DNA of 64,000 nt from an uncultured Acidobacteriota bacterium. GTDB lineage: Bacteria > Acidobacteriota > Thermoanaerobaculia > UBA5066 > Gp7-AA6. A model generated the notes under the pieces. It saw only the letters and a list, made by a program, of their open reading frames with translations. It had not been told where the DNA came from and made no database searches. How positions within the stretch are numbered: the first letter of the stretch is position 1; each line of letters begins with the position of its first letter. A program made the position numbers and the translations under genes. Location: assembly GCA_963764715.1 (NCBI GenBank), contig CAVXTP010000026.1, positions 1 to 64,000 on the forward strand. Direction: 5' to 3'. Positions 9,588 to 19,320 of this stretch are shown piece by piece.

Positions 9588-9961
9588 ACCCAGCGACGCG
9601 GAACGATCCGTTCCTCCTGTTGCGCCGGCGGAGACATGCCGCCGGCGCTTTTTTTTCGGGGCCCGGGCCGGCTTGAGTCAGCCGGCGGGAGTCGCCGGGG
9701 AAGCGCGTGTTGCCGGCCGAACGCGAGCCCGAGGACGAAGAACACCACGGCGCCGATCGCCGCGCCGATCGCCTGGCCGCGGATCAGCCGGTCCGTCGCG
9801 TACCGCACGACCTGGGGCAGGCTGACCATGGCCGCGGGCTGGCTGCCCTGCGAGAGGTAACCGGCCTCGTTGTACCAGGACAGCATCGGCGGAACGATGA
9901 ACGACGCCGCGACGACGCCGGCGAGCGCGCCCGCCAGGACCCAGATCAGGATGCCCTTCAT
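9584..9961 (-). CDS. Small two-TM membrane protein; 3' end uncertain
   Basis: GAGGAGG RBS, two hydrophobic helices; true stop could be 9678 if one base is missing. Confidence 0.75.
   Translation of the reverse strand: MKGILIWVLAGALAGVVAASFIVPPMLSWYNEAGYLSQGSQPAAMVSLPQVVRYATDRLIRGQAIGAAIGAVVFFVLGLAFGRQHALPRRLPPADSSRPGPRKKSAGGMSPPAQQEERIVPRRWV
9622..9657 (+). terminator. Intrinsic terminator after the DUF5666 gene
   Basis: GCGCCGGCGG / CCGCCGGCGC stem followed by a T run. Confidence 0.8.
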
Positions 9962-9979
9962 TCGTTCCTCCTCGTCGGT

Positions 9980-10039
9980 TCAGGCGCGGCGCGGGCCGAA
10001 AATCGAGAGCACGTGGCCGTCCGGGTCGCGAAAGTCCGC
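9980..10039 (-). pseudogene. C-terminal remnant of a VOC/glyoxalase gene
   Basis: Translates ADFRDPDGHVLSIFGPRRA*; FRDPDG is the usual VOC C-terminal motif; no start codon. Confidence 0.6.
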
Positions 10040-10375
10040 CTATCGCAGCGGCTCGACCACCGCGGCCGAGCCGTAGGCCAGGACTTCCGTCACGCCGGCG
10101 GCGACCTCGTTGGCGTCGTACCGGATCGCGACGACCGCGTTGGCTCCCATCTCCTCGGCGTGCCGCGCCATCAGGTCGAAGGCTTCCTGGCGGGCGCGCT
10201 CGCACATCTCGGTCCAGAGCGTGATGTTGCCGCCGAAGAGGCTCTGGATCCCGGCGCCGATCGTTCCGACGATCGAACGGGAGCGAACGACGATGCCGCG
10301 CACCACGCCGAGGTTGCGCGTCACCCGGTACCCGGGAATCTCCAGGGCCGTCGTCAGGAAGGATCGATTGAGCAC
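10040..10375 (-). CDS. ybjQ: YbjQ/UPF0145 family protein
   Basis: [34 protein letters not shown]. Confidence 0.92.
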   Translation of the reverse strand: MLNRSFLTTALEIPGYRVTRNLGVVRGIVVRSRSIVGTIGAGIQSLFGGNITLWTEMCERARQEAFDLMARHAEEMGANAVVAIRYDANEVAAGVTEVLAYGSAAVVEPLR

Positions 10376-10405
10376 GATGGCCTCCTCGCGGTTGCGCGGC
10401 TGACT

Positions 10406-10996
10406 CTACCGCGCCGGCGCCCCTTCGCGCAGGACGCGGAAGCCGTAGTCCGAGTACCGATAGCCGGGCGGAAGGCTCGTCGACGCCGAGGGCGGCGACC
10501 AGCGGACCGCGTGCCGCCACGACCCGCCGCGGCTCGCGCGGCGCGGGACGGGAGCGTCCGGATCGCGCCAGTCGAGGCACCACTCGTGGACGATCGTTCC
10601 CATGTCGAAGAGGCCGTAGCCGTTGGGCGTTCCGCGCCCCGCTTCCCACGGCCCGGCGAGGGGGCCCCCGGGAATCTCGCCCGGCGGGACCGCGTCGCCC
10701 CAGGCCGTCGCCGGAGCGACGAGGCCGCCCTGCGCCGCGACTTCCCATTCGGCCTCGGTCGGCAGCCGCCACGTCCCGCCGAGCTTCTCGCCGAGCCACG
10801 CGCAGTAGCCGGCCGCCTCCTCCCACGTGACGCCCACGACCGGCTGCCCCGGCGACGAAAAGGCGGACGCGCTCCACCAGGGCGGCGCGGGCGCGCGCCC
10901 CTCCGCGAGAAACGGGGCGTACTGGCGGTTGGTGACCGGGGTACGGCCCAGGCGAAACGGCCGGCCGGGGATTTCGGCGAGATCGGGCGCGTCCAC
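10406..10996 (-). CDS. SUMF1/FGE-sulfatase (EgtB C-terminal-like) domain protein
   Basis: PVTNRQY, PVVGVTW, RLPTEAEWE, NGYGLFDM, RGGSW, GFRV. Confidence 0.9.
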   Translation of the reverse strand: MDAPDLAEIPGRPFRLGRTPVTNRQYAPFLAEGRAPAPPWWSASAFSSPGQPVVGVTWEEAAGYCAWLGEKLGGTWRLPTEAEWEVAAQGGLVAPATAWGDAVPPGEIPGGPLAGPWEAGRGTPNGYGLFDMGTIVHEWCLDWRDPDAPVPRRASRGGSWRHAVRWSPPSASTSLPPGYRYSDYGFRVLREGAPAR

Positions 10997-11049
10997 GCTC
11001 GGATCCTAAGCCGCCCTCCGGAGGCCGGCGAGCGCAGCCGGCCGGCGCG

Positions 11050-11508
11050 TCAGCGGGCCCGGGCCTCGGCCGCGACGGCTCCGGCAGGGTCGAGGCGGAG
11101 AACGGGCTCGTCAGCCGCGGCCGCTTCGGCGGGGACCGGCGGGCGCGGACGGGGAAACACGCCGGCGCGGTTGGCCCTTTCGATGCAGAACACGATCAGG
11201 GCGCCGAACGCGGTCCCGACGGGAAAGACGAAGAGACTGATCGCCGAAAACGCGAAGGCGTAATTGCGGGCCCACAGCCGATAGCGCCGCAGGTGATAGC
11301 CGATGACCGCGTAGCAGACCGCGAGAACGCCTCCGGTCGCCGGCAGGACGAGGTCGCGGAGACTGCCGCCCGAAAAGTACACGTGGGCGCCGACGCCGGC
11401 CGTGGCGAGGCCCTGGATCGCCAGGAGATAGAAGATCAGGCCCGCGGTCTGGACCAGCCGCCGGGCGCTGCGGATCTCCCGGGCCCGGCCCGACTGCGTT
11501 TGCTTCAT
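11050..11508 (-). CDS. Hypothetical membrane protein
   Basis: GGAGGTG RBS; 3-4 hydrophobic segments; FPVGTAFG. Confidence 0.7.
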   Translation of the reverse strand: MKQTQSGRAREIRSARRLVQTAGLIFYLLAIQGLATAGVGAHVYFSGGSLRDLVLPATGGVLAVCYAVIGYHLRRYRLWARNYAFAFSAISLFVFPVGTAFGALIVFCIERANRAGVFPRPRPPVPAEAAAADEPVLRLDPAGAVAAEARAR

Positions 11509-11675
11509 CGCCACCACCTCCGTCTCGCGCACCGAATCATCGAACCTGAACAGACCTGTGTCTCGGGGAGTTCCCGCCGTGGAATTTCAGGACCGGGGCG
11601 CCCGCGCGCGTCTTCAGGGTTTTATAACACGCGGCCTCGGCGCGAAATCCTGGGAAAATTTCGGGCCCGCGGCCC

Positions 11676-14125
11676 TCACTCGGACCGCAGCGCCTCGAGG
11701 GGGTCGACGCGCGAGGCCCGCAGGGCCGGCGCCGCGCTCGCCGCGGCCGCGATCGCGATCAGGAGCAGGCCGACGACGGCGAACGTGACCGGGTCCCGGG
11801 GCGCGACGCCGTAGAGAAGGCCCTCCATCAGGCGCGTCAGGAAGAGCCCGCCCAGGATGCCGGCCGCGACGCCCCAGGCCGCCGTGGCGATGCCGCGGCC
11901 CACGATGAGCCCGAGCACGTTCGCCCGCGAGGCGCCGAGCGCCATCCGGATGCCGATCTCGCGCCGGCGGCGGCTGACGAGATACGAGAGCACGCCCGAG
12001 ACCCCGACGGCCGCGAGGAAGAGGGCCAGGCCGCCGAAGATCGTCAGGAGCGACCCCGACAGGCGGGGGGTCGCCATCGACGCGGCCACGACGTCGGTCA
12101 TCCGGCGGACGTTGGCGATCGGAAGCGCCGGATCGAGCTCCCGGACCGCCGCGCGGATCGGGCCGGCGAGCGCGCCGGGGTCCCCCGTCGTCCGGACGAC
12201 GAGGGAAACGTTGCGCGCCGCGTCCCCGGCGCGCGACGCGGGAAACTGGGCATAGGGGACGAAGAACTTCTCCTTGATCGCGCCGGTCAGCCCGTTGTGC
12301 CGCTCGTCGCGCACGACGCCGACGACCGTCATCCACGGCCGTTCGGTGGCGCTGCCCATGCGGATGCGCCGGCCGATCGGGTCTCCCGAGGGCCAGTACG
12401 TGCGCACGAAGGTCTCGTTGACGAGGGCGACCGGCAGCGAGGTCGCGGTGTCGGAGGCCGACATGGGCCGGCCCGCCGCCAGCCGCTCGCCGAGCGCCTC
12501 GAGTGCGCCGTCCGAGGCCACCTGCCAGTCGCCCTTGGCGTTGTGGCCGGGCGACTCCTCGTAGCCCTCGACGTCGAGCCCCCAGTCCCCGATCTCGGTC
12601 GCGAGCGGAAGCAGCCGGACGATCCCGGCGTTCGCCACCCCCGGCAGCCCCCGGACCTTCTCGAGGAGGGCCCGGTCGAACGCAACGACGGCTTCCGGCT
12701 TCGGATAGCGCGCCTCGGGAGGACGCAGCTCGAGCGTGAGCACGCCCTCGGGCTGGAAGCCGAGGTCGATGTGCATCAACGCGTCCAGGCTCTTGAGCAT
12801 CAGCCCGGCCCCGAGAAGCAGCAGGACCGCGATCGCCGTCTGGGCGCTCGCGAGCATCCCCCGCAGGCTCGTGCGCCTCGAGCCCGCGGACTGCCCGCCC
12901 GCTCCGTCGCGCAGGGCCTCGACGAGGTTCAGGCGCAGGCTCTGGACCGCCGGGGCAAATCCGAAGAGGAAGGTCGTCGCGAGCGTCAGGACGGCGGCGA
13001 AGCCCAGCATGCCCGCGTCGATCCCGATCGGGGTGAGCGCGGGCAGGCCCGCCGTCCCGCGCGCCGCGAGAACGCGGATGCCCGCCCAGGCGATCCCGAG
13101 GCCCATCGCGGCGCCGGCTCCCGCGAGAACGAGACTCTCGGTCAGGAGCTGCCGCGTCAGCCGCGCCTGGCCCGCGCCGATCGCGGAGCGCACGGCGATC
13201 TCGCGCTGCCGGCCCTCGGCCCGCGAGAGCAGCAGGTTGGCGACGTTGGCGCAGGCCATGAGCATGAGGAAGCCGACCGCCCCGAAGACGAGCGTCAGCG
13301 CCCGGCGCGCTCCCCCCGGACTTCCTCCTCCACCGGGACCGCGAACGCCTCGAAGCGCATCTCCGGCGGATACTGGCCCTCGCGCGTCAGGTTGGACGTC
13401 ACGGTCTTCAGCTCCGCCGTCGCCTGCGCCACCGTCGCGCCGCGCTTCAACTTCGCCGCGCCGTAGAGGCCGTGGTTTCCGTGGGAGAGCTGTTTCGGGT
13501 CGATCTGCTCGGGGACGAAGAGCTGCGAGGGCTCGGCGGCGTCGACGGTGAAATCGGTCGGGAGCGCGAAGCCCCGCGGCATCACGCCGACGACCCGCCG
13601 CGGCGAGCCGTCGAGCTCGATCGACCGGCCGAGGACCGAGGGATCGCCGCCGAAGCGGCTCTGCCAGAGGCCGTGTGCGAGGACGACGACGGGAGGCCCG
13701 CCGGGCGCGTCCTCCTCCGGGGTGAAGGTCCGTCCGAGGACGGGGGCGGAGCCGAGCGTCTCGAAAGTGTTCGCCGTGACGGCGGCGATCCCGAGGCGGA
13801 TCGGCTCGCCCTCGCCGGTCAGGTTGGCGCGGTCCGTTTCCCACGCCGCGACGGACTCGAAGCTCGGGACGAGCCGGCGGTAGTCGTCGACCTCGCCCGT
13901 CGCGAGCCACGTCTTGGGAAAGTCCTTCCAGCGGCTCCAGATCATCACGCGCCGGCCGGGCTCGGCGTACGGGAGCGGAGCGAGCACGACCGCCCGGATC
14001 ACGGAGAAGATCGCAGTCGTCGCGCCCATCCCCAGGGCGAGCGTCACGACCGCCGCCGCGGCGAATCCCGGGGAACGCCGGAGGCCCCTCAACGCGTACC
14101 GCACGTCCTGAAGAAAGGTCTCCAT
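11676..14125 (-). pseudogene. ADOP-family duplicated ABC permease with one frameshift (may be intact if a read error)
   Basis: METFLQDVRYALRGLRRSPGF (frame of 13295..14374) continues as ACANVANLLL...REIGIRMALGA...DPLEALRSE (frame of 11676..14612); frame switch at the C6 run 13312-13317. Confidence 0.88.
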
Positions 14126-14174
14126 CCCGCTCCTTCCGGGCCGCCCCGCGCGGGGCTTCGCCGCTGCCTTCCGT

Positions 14175-14198
14175 GACGCGCGGCGCACGGAAAGGTTC
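14175..14198 (-). promoter_or_regulatory. ECF-sigma-like promoter of the first ADOP
   Basis: GAAC-N16-CGTC about 50 nt upstream of the ATG. Confidence 0.45.
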
Positions 14199-14282
14199 TT
14201 CCGCCGAGCGGGCCGGGTCCGGGAGCCGCCCTGGCCCCCTTCCCGCCCGGACGGCGAGATACTCCGGCAGGGAGGACGTCGC

Positions 14283-14837
14283 ATGCGCCACATCCGAATC
14301 CTGATCCTCGCCCTCGTCGCCGCCGGGGTTGCCGGCGGAGCCTCGGCCGCCGACAAGTGCTCGGCCCACGGCAAGATGGAGAAGGAGACCTTCCAGCTCG
14401 GGACCTGCGCGGTCGCCTTCTACCCCAGCCAGAACAGCGTCGCGATCTGGTTCACCGAGAAGCCGCTGTCGGCGGAGGCGCTCGAGAAGTTCGAGATCGG
14501 GTCCTACGCCGACCTCAAGGGGACGGCGGTCGCCTTCTCCTTCTGCCCCGGCGGCGGGAAGGCCAAGGCGGACCCGAAGGCCGCCAAAGACGTGGAGGCG
14601 GGCGTCAGCCACGCCTCATCGCCGATGCTCAGTCAGAGCTGGGTCTTCTCGCCCGGGGACAAGGCGCTGAAGATCGAGAAGATGTCGGGCGAGCTGAAGC
14701 CGGGGGGCCGGCTCGCCGGGCGCATCACGGTCAAGAAGACGCTCGACCAGGGTCAGGTCTACGCGTACGAAGCGGACTTCGACGTGACCCTCCCGAAGCG
14801 GGCGGCGGCCGCCGGCCTGTCCTGCGGAGTCGACTAG
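14283..14837 (+). CDS. Secreted hypothetical protein (domain A only)
   Basis: GGAGG RBS, signal peptide, four Cys; GRLAGRI...FDVTLP. Confidence 0.8.
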   Translation: MRHIRILILALVAAGVAGGASAADKCSAHGKMEKETFQLGTCAVAFYPSQNSVAIWFTEKPLSAEALEKFEIGSYADLKGTAVAFSFCPGGGKAKADPKAAKDVEAGVSHASSPMLSQSWVFSPGDKALKIEKMSGELKPGGRLAGRITVKKTLDQGQVYAYEADFDVTLPKRAAAAGLSCGVD

Positions 14838-14838
14838 C

Positions 14839-15849
14839 TCAGTTCGGCAGCCGGCGTCCCGCGTCGCCGAGGAGCGCCTGCGCCTCGCGGATCTCGGACG
14901 CGCCGCCGTAGGCCCGCGCGGCCTCGAGCGCTTGCTCGGCCAGCATGAACGCGCGGCGCGAATCGCCCGCGGCCGCCGCGCGGCGCGAGAGCTCGGCCTG
15001 CGCCGCGAAGAGCGCGCGGGTGCTGCCGCACGCCTTCGCCAGGGCGGCCGCCTCGTCGAGGAGGCGGGCCGCCTCCTTCGCGTCGCCGCCGTGCGCCGCG
15101 AGGAAGTCGACCCTCTGGAGGAGGGCGAACGGAACCCCGACCGCGAATCCGCCGCGCCGCCGGAGGTCGATCTCCGCCGCGATGTTCTTCTCCGCCGCGG
15201 CGAGCTCTCCCCTCTCCTCCTGGATGCCGGCCATGTGCCGGCGGGCGTAGGACTGCTGCACGAGGTCCCCGACCTCCTCGGAGATGGCGAGGGATTTCTC
15301 GTACCGCTCGAACGCCGGGCCCGGCTGCCCGTCCTGCTCGTAGGTCAGGCCGAGATAGAAGAGCGTCTCCGCCGCGCCCCGGCGGTCCCCGAACCGCTCG
15401 CGCACGGCGAGCACGCTCTCGAACTCCGCGCGGGGCTTCTTCCAGTCCTTCGTCTCGAAGGCGTCGTTGTAGTCGAGCTGGCCGAGCGCCTGGTCCGCCG
15501 CCGCGGCCGTGGCGTCGTCCCCGGCCGCCTTCGCGAGCCGCCGCCCCTCCTCGAGCGCGGCTTGGGCGGGCGCGGGACCGCGGCGGTGGAAGAAGCTGCG
15601 GTCCATCAGCACGCGGCCCCGCTCGGTCCGGATCGCGGCCGACGCGCGCCGGTCTCCGGCGGAGGCCGCCTCCGCGCCGTCGAGCTCCGAGAGCGCGGCG
15701 TCCCAGCGTCCCTCGAGCGTCATCGCCCGCGTCTTCGCGAGGAGCGACGCGGTGTCGGGCGCGGCGGCGACCGGCGCGGCGTGGGACGCCGCCGCACCGA
15801 CGCCGGCGAGGAGAAGCGCGAAGAACCGCGTCACGACGGGCGCCACCAT
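14839..15849 (-). CDS. Secreted tetratricopeptide-repeat protein
   Basis: Signal-like FFALLLAGVGAAA; TPR-like AETLFYLGLTYEQDG...YEKSLAI; start 15849 or GTG 15834. Confidence 0.8.
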   Translation of the reverse strand: MVAPVVTRFFALLLAGVGAAASHAAPVAAAPDTASLLAKTRAMTLEGRWDAALSELDGAEAASAGDRRASAAIRTERGRVLMDRSFFHRRGPAPAQAALEEGRRLAKAAGDDATAAAADQALGQLDYNDAFETKDWKKPRAEFESVLAVRERFGDRRGAAETLFYLGLTYEQDGQPGPAFERYEKSLAISEEVGDLVQQSYARRHMAGIQEERGELAAAEKNIAAEIDLRRRGGFAVGVPFALLQRVDFLAAHGGDAKEAARLLDEAAALAKACGSTRALFAAQAELSRRAAAAGDSRRAFMLAEQALEAARAYGGASEIREAQALLGDAGRRLPN

Positions 15850-15894
15850 AACAAACCGCTCCGGCGCCTCGTATGGAGCGGGGAGGGGGATCGC

Positions 15895-17085
15895 ATGCGC
15901 CACCGACTGACCGCCGCCGCCCTCGGCCTCTCGCTCGCGGCCGCCGCGCGGGCGATTCCCGCGCCGCCCAACCCGGTCCACGACGTCACGTCCCAGGCCG
16001 TCGTCTATGCCGTCCCCGGCATGGACCGCGTCGAGGTCCGCCGCGGCGTTGCCTACAAGAAGGCGGATGGCGCCGACCTCGCGCTCGACCTCTATTACCC
16101 GCCGGACCACCGTCCGGGCACGCCGGCGCCGGCCGTCGTCTTCATCAACGGCGTCGGGGACCGGCCCGGGTCGAAGCTCAAGGACTGGGGAATCTACCAG
16201 TCATGGGCGCGGCTCGTCGCCGCCTCGGGCTGGATCGGCGTCACCTTCGAGGCGCGCGGAAACTCCGCGGCCGACATCTCCGACGCGTTCGCGTACGTCC
16301 GGTCGCACGCTGCCGCTCTCGACGTCGATCCCGATCGCGTCGGCGCCTGGGTCTGCTCGGGCAACGTCACGACGGGGCTGCCCGTCCTCATGAAGGGCGC
16401 GCCTGGCGTCCGGGGCGCCGTCGTCTACTACGGCGTCGCGGAGCTGCCGTCGATCCGGAAGGACCTGCCGGTCTTCTACGTGCGGGCGGGCCGGGACAAC
16501 CCGCGGCTGAACGCGGGCATCGCCGAGATCTGGAAGCAGGCCCTCGCGGCCGACGCGCCGTGGGCCATGGTCAACGCGCCCGCTTCGCAGCACGCGTTCG
16601 ACGCGCTCGACGAAACCGAGGAGAGCCGCCGGATCGTGCGCGAGACCCTCGACTTCTACCGCGATCTCTTCGCGCCCCCGGCCGCCCCCGGTCCGCCTTC
16701 GCTCGCGAAGGCGGCGCTCTCGCACTGGTTCGGCGGCCGCGAGTATCCCCAGGCCGCGAAGGCCTACGCGGAGTACGTGAAAGCGCATCCCGACGACGCG
16801 GTGGCCTGGATGCGTCTCGGCGTCTCGCAGGCGGCGACCCGCGATCCCGCGGCGGCCGGGAACCTCGAGAAGGCCGTGAAGTTCGGCGCCGACTCCCCCG
16901 CCGATCTCTACAACGTCGCGTGCGGGTACTCGCTCCTGGGCCAGAAGGAGAAGGCCCTCGACTGGCTCGACCGCGCCGTCACGGCCGGCTTCGGCGACCG
17001 GCGCCAGCTCGAAGCCGACGCCGACCTCGCCAACATCCGCGACACCGAGCGCTTCCGCCAGATCCTCGCGAAGCTGAAGACGTAG
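15895..17085 (+). CDS. Secreted alpha/beta hydrolase fold protein with C-terminal TPR
   Basis: LDLYYPP, DPDRVGAWVCSGN, HAFD; YNVACGYSLLG...ALDWL..AV.AGF. Confidence 0.85.
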   Translation: MRHRLTAAALGLSLAAAARAIPAPPNPVHDVTSQAVVYAVPGMDRVEVRRGVAYKKADGADLALDLYYPPDHRPGTPAPAVVFINGVGDRPGSKLKDWGIYQSWARLVAASGWIGVTFEARGNSAADISDAFAYVRSHAAALDVDPDRVGAWVCSGNVTTGLPVLMKGAPGVRGAVVYYGVAELPSIRKDLPVFYVRAGRDNPRLNAGIAEIWKQALAADAPWAMVNAPASQHAFDALDETEESRRIVRETLDFYRDLFAPPAAPGPPSLAKAALSHWFGGREYPQAAKAYAEYVKAHPDDAVAWMRLGVSQAATRDPAAAGNLEKAVKFGADSPADLYNVACGYSLLGQKEKALDWLDRAVTAGFGDRRQLEADADLANIRDTERFRQILAKLKT

Positions 17086-17128
17086 GCAACACATCCTCTC
17101 CCCCCGCCCGCCACCGGCCGCATCCAAC

Positions 17129-17147
17129 TATATCCATTATGGATATA
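17129..17147. promoter_or_regulatory. Perfect palindrome, candidate PadR operator overlapping TATAAT
   Basis: TATATCCAT-T-ATGGATATA; TATAAT at 17144-17149, ATG at 17157. Confidence 0.7.
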
Positions 17148-17156
17148 ATCGGCGCC

Positions 17157-17519
17157 ATGGACGAACACGCGCCGGCCCCCGAATCCCTGCTGCCGCTGCC
17201 CCCCGCGACTCTCCACATCCTGATCGCGCTCGCCGAAGAAGACCGCCACGGCTACGCGATCATGGAGCTCGTCGCGGAGCGCACCGAGGGCGCCGTGCGG
17301 CTCTCGCCCGGCACGCTCTATCGGTCGATCCAGCGCATGCTCGAGCAGGGGCTCATCGTCGAGCCCGCGCAGCGGCCGGCGCCCGAGGACGACGACGAGC
17401 GCCGTCGCTACTACCGGATCACTCCGTTCGGCCGGGCCGCCGCGCGCGCCGAGACGAGCCGCCTCGCCGGCCTCGTCCGGCTGGCCCGCGCGAGCGGTTT
17501 CGCGAACCGGTCGGACTAA
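17157..17519 (+). CDS. PadR-family regulator (no adjacent permease)
   Basis: HGYAIM, PGTLYRSIQRM, RRRYYRITPFGR. Confidence 0.92.
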   Translation: MDEHAPAPESLLPLPPATLHILIALAEEDRHGYAIMELVAERTEGAVRLSPGTLYRSIQRMLEQGLIVEPAQRPAPEDDDERRRYYRITPFGRAAARAETSRLAGLVRLARASGFANRSD

Positions 17520-17776
17520 CCGCCGGCCGGCCCGATGGCCTTCGCGCAGACGTCCGGCTTGTGCACGCGCTTGACCGACGCGGGGTAGCGCTCGAGCATC
17601 TTCGGCGGCCGGACGGGACGGTGAACCAGCTCGCCGCCGCAGTTGGGGCAGATGCCGCGCATCTTGCGGGCGCAGTCGACGCAGAACGTGCACTCGAACG
17701 TGCAGATCCGGGCGTCGGCCGAGTCCGGCGGAAGGTCCCGATCGCAACACTCGCAGCCGGGGCGCAATTCGAGCAT
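17516..17776 (-). CDS. DUF1272 family Cys-rich protein
   Basis: MLELRPGCECCDRDLPP...ICTFECTFC..C...CPNCGGEL; GGAGGAG RBS. Confidence 0.9.
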   Translation of the reverse strand: MLELRPGCECCDRDLPPDSADARICTFECTFCVDCARKMRGICPNCGGELVHRPVRPPKMLERYPASVKRVHKPDVCAKAIGPAGG

Positions 17777-17790
17777 CGTTCGCTCCTCCC

Positions 17791-19320
17791 TCACTCCATT
17801 CCGAGGGCCCGGGTCATCACGAAATAGATCGCGTTGTCCTCCATCGTCCCGGCGACGAGGTAGGCGCCGGGCCCCCGGGCGTAGACGACGACGTCTTCGC
17901 CGGAGTGCGACTCCGAGGACAACGGGACCCCGGACGGCTGGCGGAAGCCCGGCGCCCCGGTGTCGACGCCCGTCAGGTCGGCGCGGGGCCCGTCGGCCGC
18001 CCCGGGACCGTTCGCATAGCCGAGCGTCGTGTAGGGCTTGCCGTCGCGGGCCTTCACCGGACCCGGTTCCGGGCGGCCGTCGTTCCCGTTCGTCACGACG
18101 AGGCCGAGGATCGGATTGCCCCGCACGGGGTAGCCCCCGAGCGTGAAGACGTGGCCGTGGTCGGCCGTCACGACGATGAGCGTGTCGCCGCCCGCGAGGG
18201 CCGCCGCCTTCTCGACGGCCCGCGCCATCTCGACCGTGTCGGTCAGGGCGTGGATGGCGCTGCCCTCGTGATGGCCGTGGTCGATCCGTCCCCCTTCGAC
18301 CATGAGGAAGTAGCCCTTCGGCCCGCGCCGGAGGATCCGGATGGCCTTCTCGGTCATCTCGGTCAGCGACGGCTCGCCCGCCGCGTCTTTCTCCCGCTCG
18401 AGCTCGAACTGCATGTGCGACGGCTCGAAAAGGCCGAGCACCGGCCCGGTCGTCGAAGGATCGATCGCGTCGAATCCGCGGCGGTCCCAGACGTAGGCGC
18501 CGCCGCGGGCCGCCCACTCGCCGGCGAGGTCGCGGTCCCGCCGCTCGCCCCGCTGGTCGGGATACTCGGGGTCGGCGTCCGTCGAACGGAGGAACTTCTC
18601 CCGGCCTCCCCCGAGGGCGACCTCGAGGCCCGGGCTCGGCTTGCCGTTCATCGTCGTCGGGCGGACGCGGAACTCGACGAGCTGCCGGGCGATGTCGGGG
18701 TAGCCCGCCGCGGCCGCCGCCGGATCGAGCCCCGCGAGGTCGGCGTCCGACTCGGCGTCGCGCGCCGGCGAGTGCGCGTAGCAGGCGGCCGGTGTGGCGT
18801 GCGTGATGCGCGCCGTCGAGACGACGCCCGTCCACATCCCGCGCTCCTCGGCGCGCTCGAGGACCGTCCGGAGCCGGTTTTCCGGGCGCGCGGCGGCGGC
18901 GAAGTCCGGCCCGAGCACGTTCGGAGCGATCGAGAGCATCCCCTCGTTCGTCTTGCTGCCGGTCACGATCGCGGTCATCGTCGGCGCCGAGTCCGGCACC
19001 TGCTGGTTCGCCTGGTAGGTCTTGGAGTGGGCGAGGTACGGGAACTTCTCCCAGGAGAGGACGTTCTCCTCGCCTCGCATCCCCTTGCGCTGCCCGTCGA
19101 GGATGCGCGCGGCCGTGATCGTCGTGACTCCCATCCCGTCGCCGAGGAAGAGGATGACGTTGCGGGCGCGGCGTCGGTCCGGCCGGATGCGCGCGTTGCG
19201 CTCGACGTCCGCGCGGCCGCGCGCGAAGAACGTCTCCTTCGTTTCCGCCGGGCGCGCGTCGGCCGCGGGCGCCGCCGGCGCTGCGGCGGCGCAGAACGCC
19301 AGCAGGGCGAGGAGGGCTAT
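17791..19320 (-). CDS. phoA: Alkaline phosphatase; start uncertain
   Basis: NVILFLGDGMG, VPDSAPT, THATPA, VEGGRIDHGHH, TADHGH, HSGEDV. Confidence 0.9.
   Translation of the reverse strand: MALLALLAFCAAAAPAAPAADARPAETKETFFARGRADVERNARIRPDRRRARNVILFLGDGMGVTTITAARILDGQRKGMRGEENVLSWEKFPYLAHSKTYQANQQVPDSAPTMTAIVTGSKTNEGMLSIAPNVLGPDFAAAARPENRLRTVLERAEERGMWTGVVSTARITHATPAACYAHSPARDAESDADLAGLDPAAAAAGYPDIARQLVEFRVRPTTMNGKPSPGLEVALGGGREKFLRSTDADPEYPDQRGERRDRDLAGEWAARGGAYVWDRRGFDAIDPSTTGPVLGLFEPSHMQFELEREKDAAGEPSLTEMTEKAIRILRRGPKGYFLMVEGGRIDHGHHEGSAIHALTDTVEMARAVEKAAALAGGDTLIVVTADHGHVFTLGGYPVRGNPILGLVVTNGNDGRPEPGPVKARDGKPYTTLGYANGPGAADGPRADLTGVDTGAPGFRQPSGVPLSSESHSGEDVVVYARGPGAYLVAGTMEDNAIYFVMTRALGME

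Noticed and set aside
3948-10996. RiPP or other biosynthetic cluster (POP + FGE domain)
   Set aside because: No precursor peptide or modifying enzymes; genes not co-oriented
14932-15894. Apparent N-terminal extension of the hydrolase-TPR gene
   Set aside because: Antisense to the TPR gene; signal peptide and RBS at 15895
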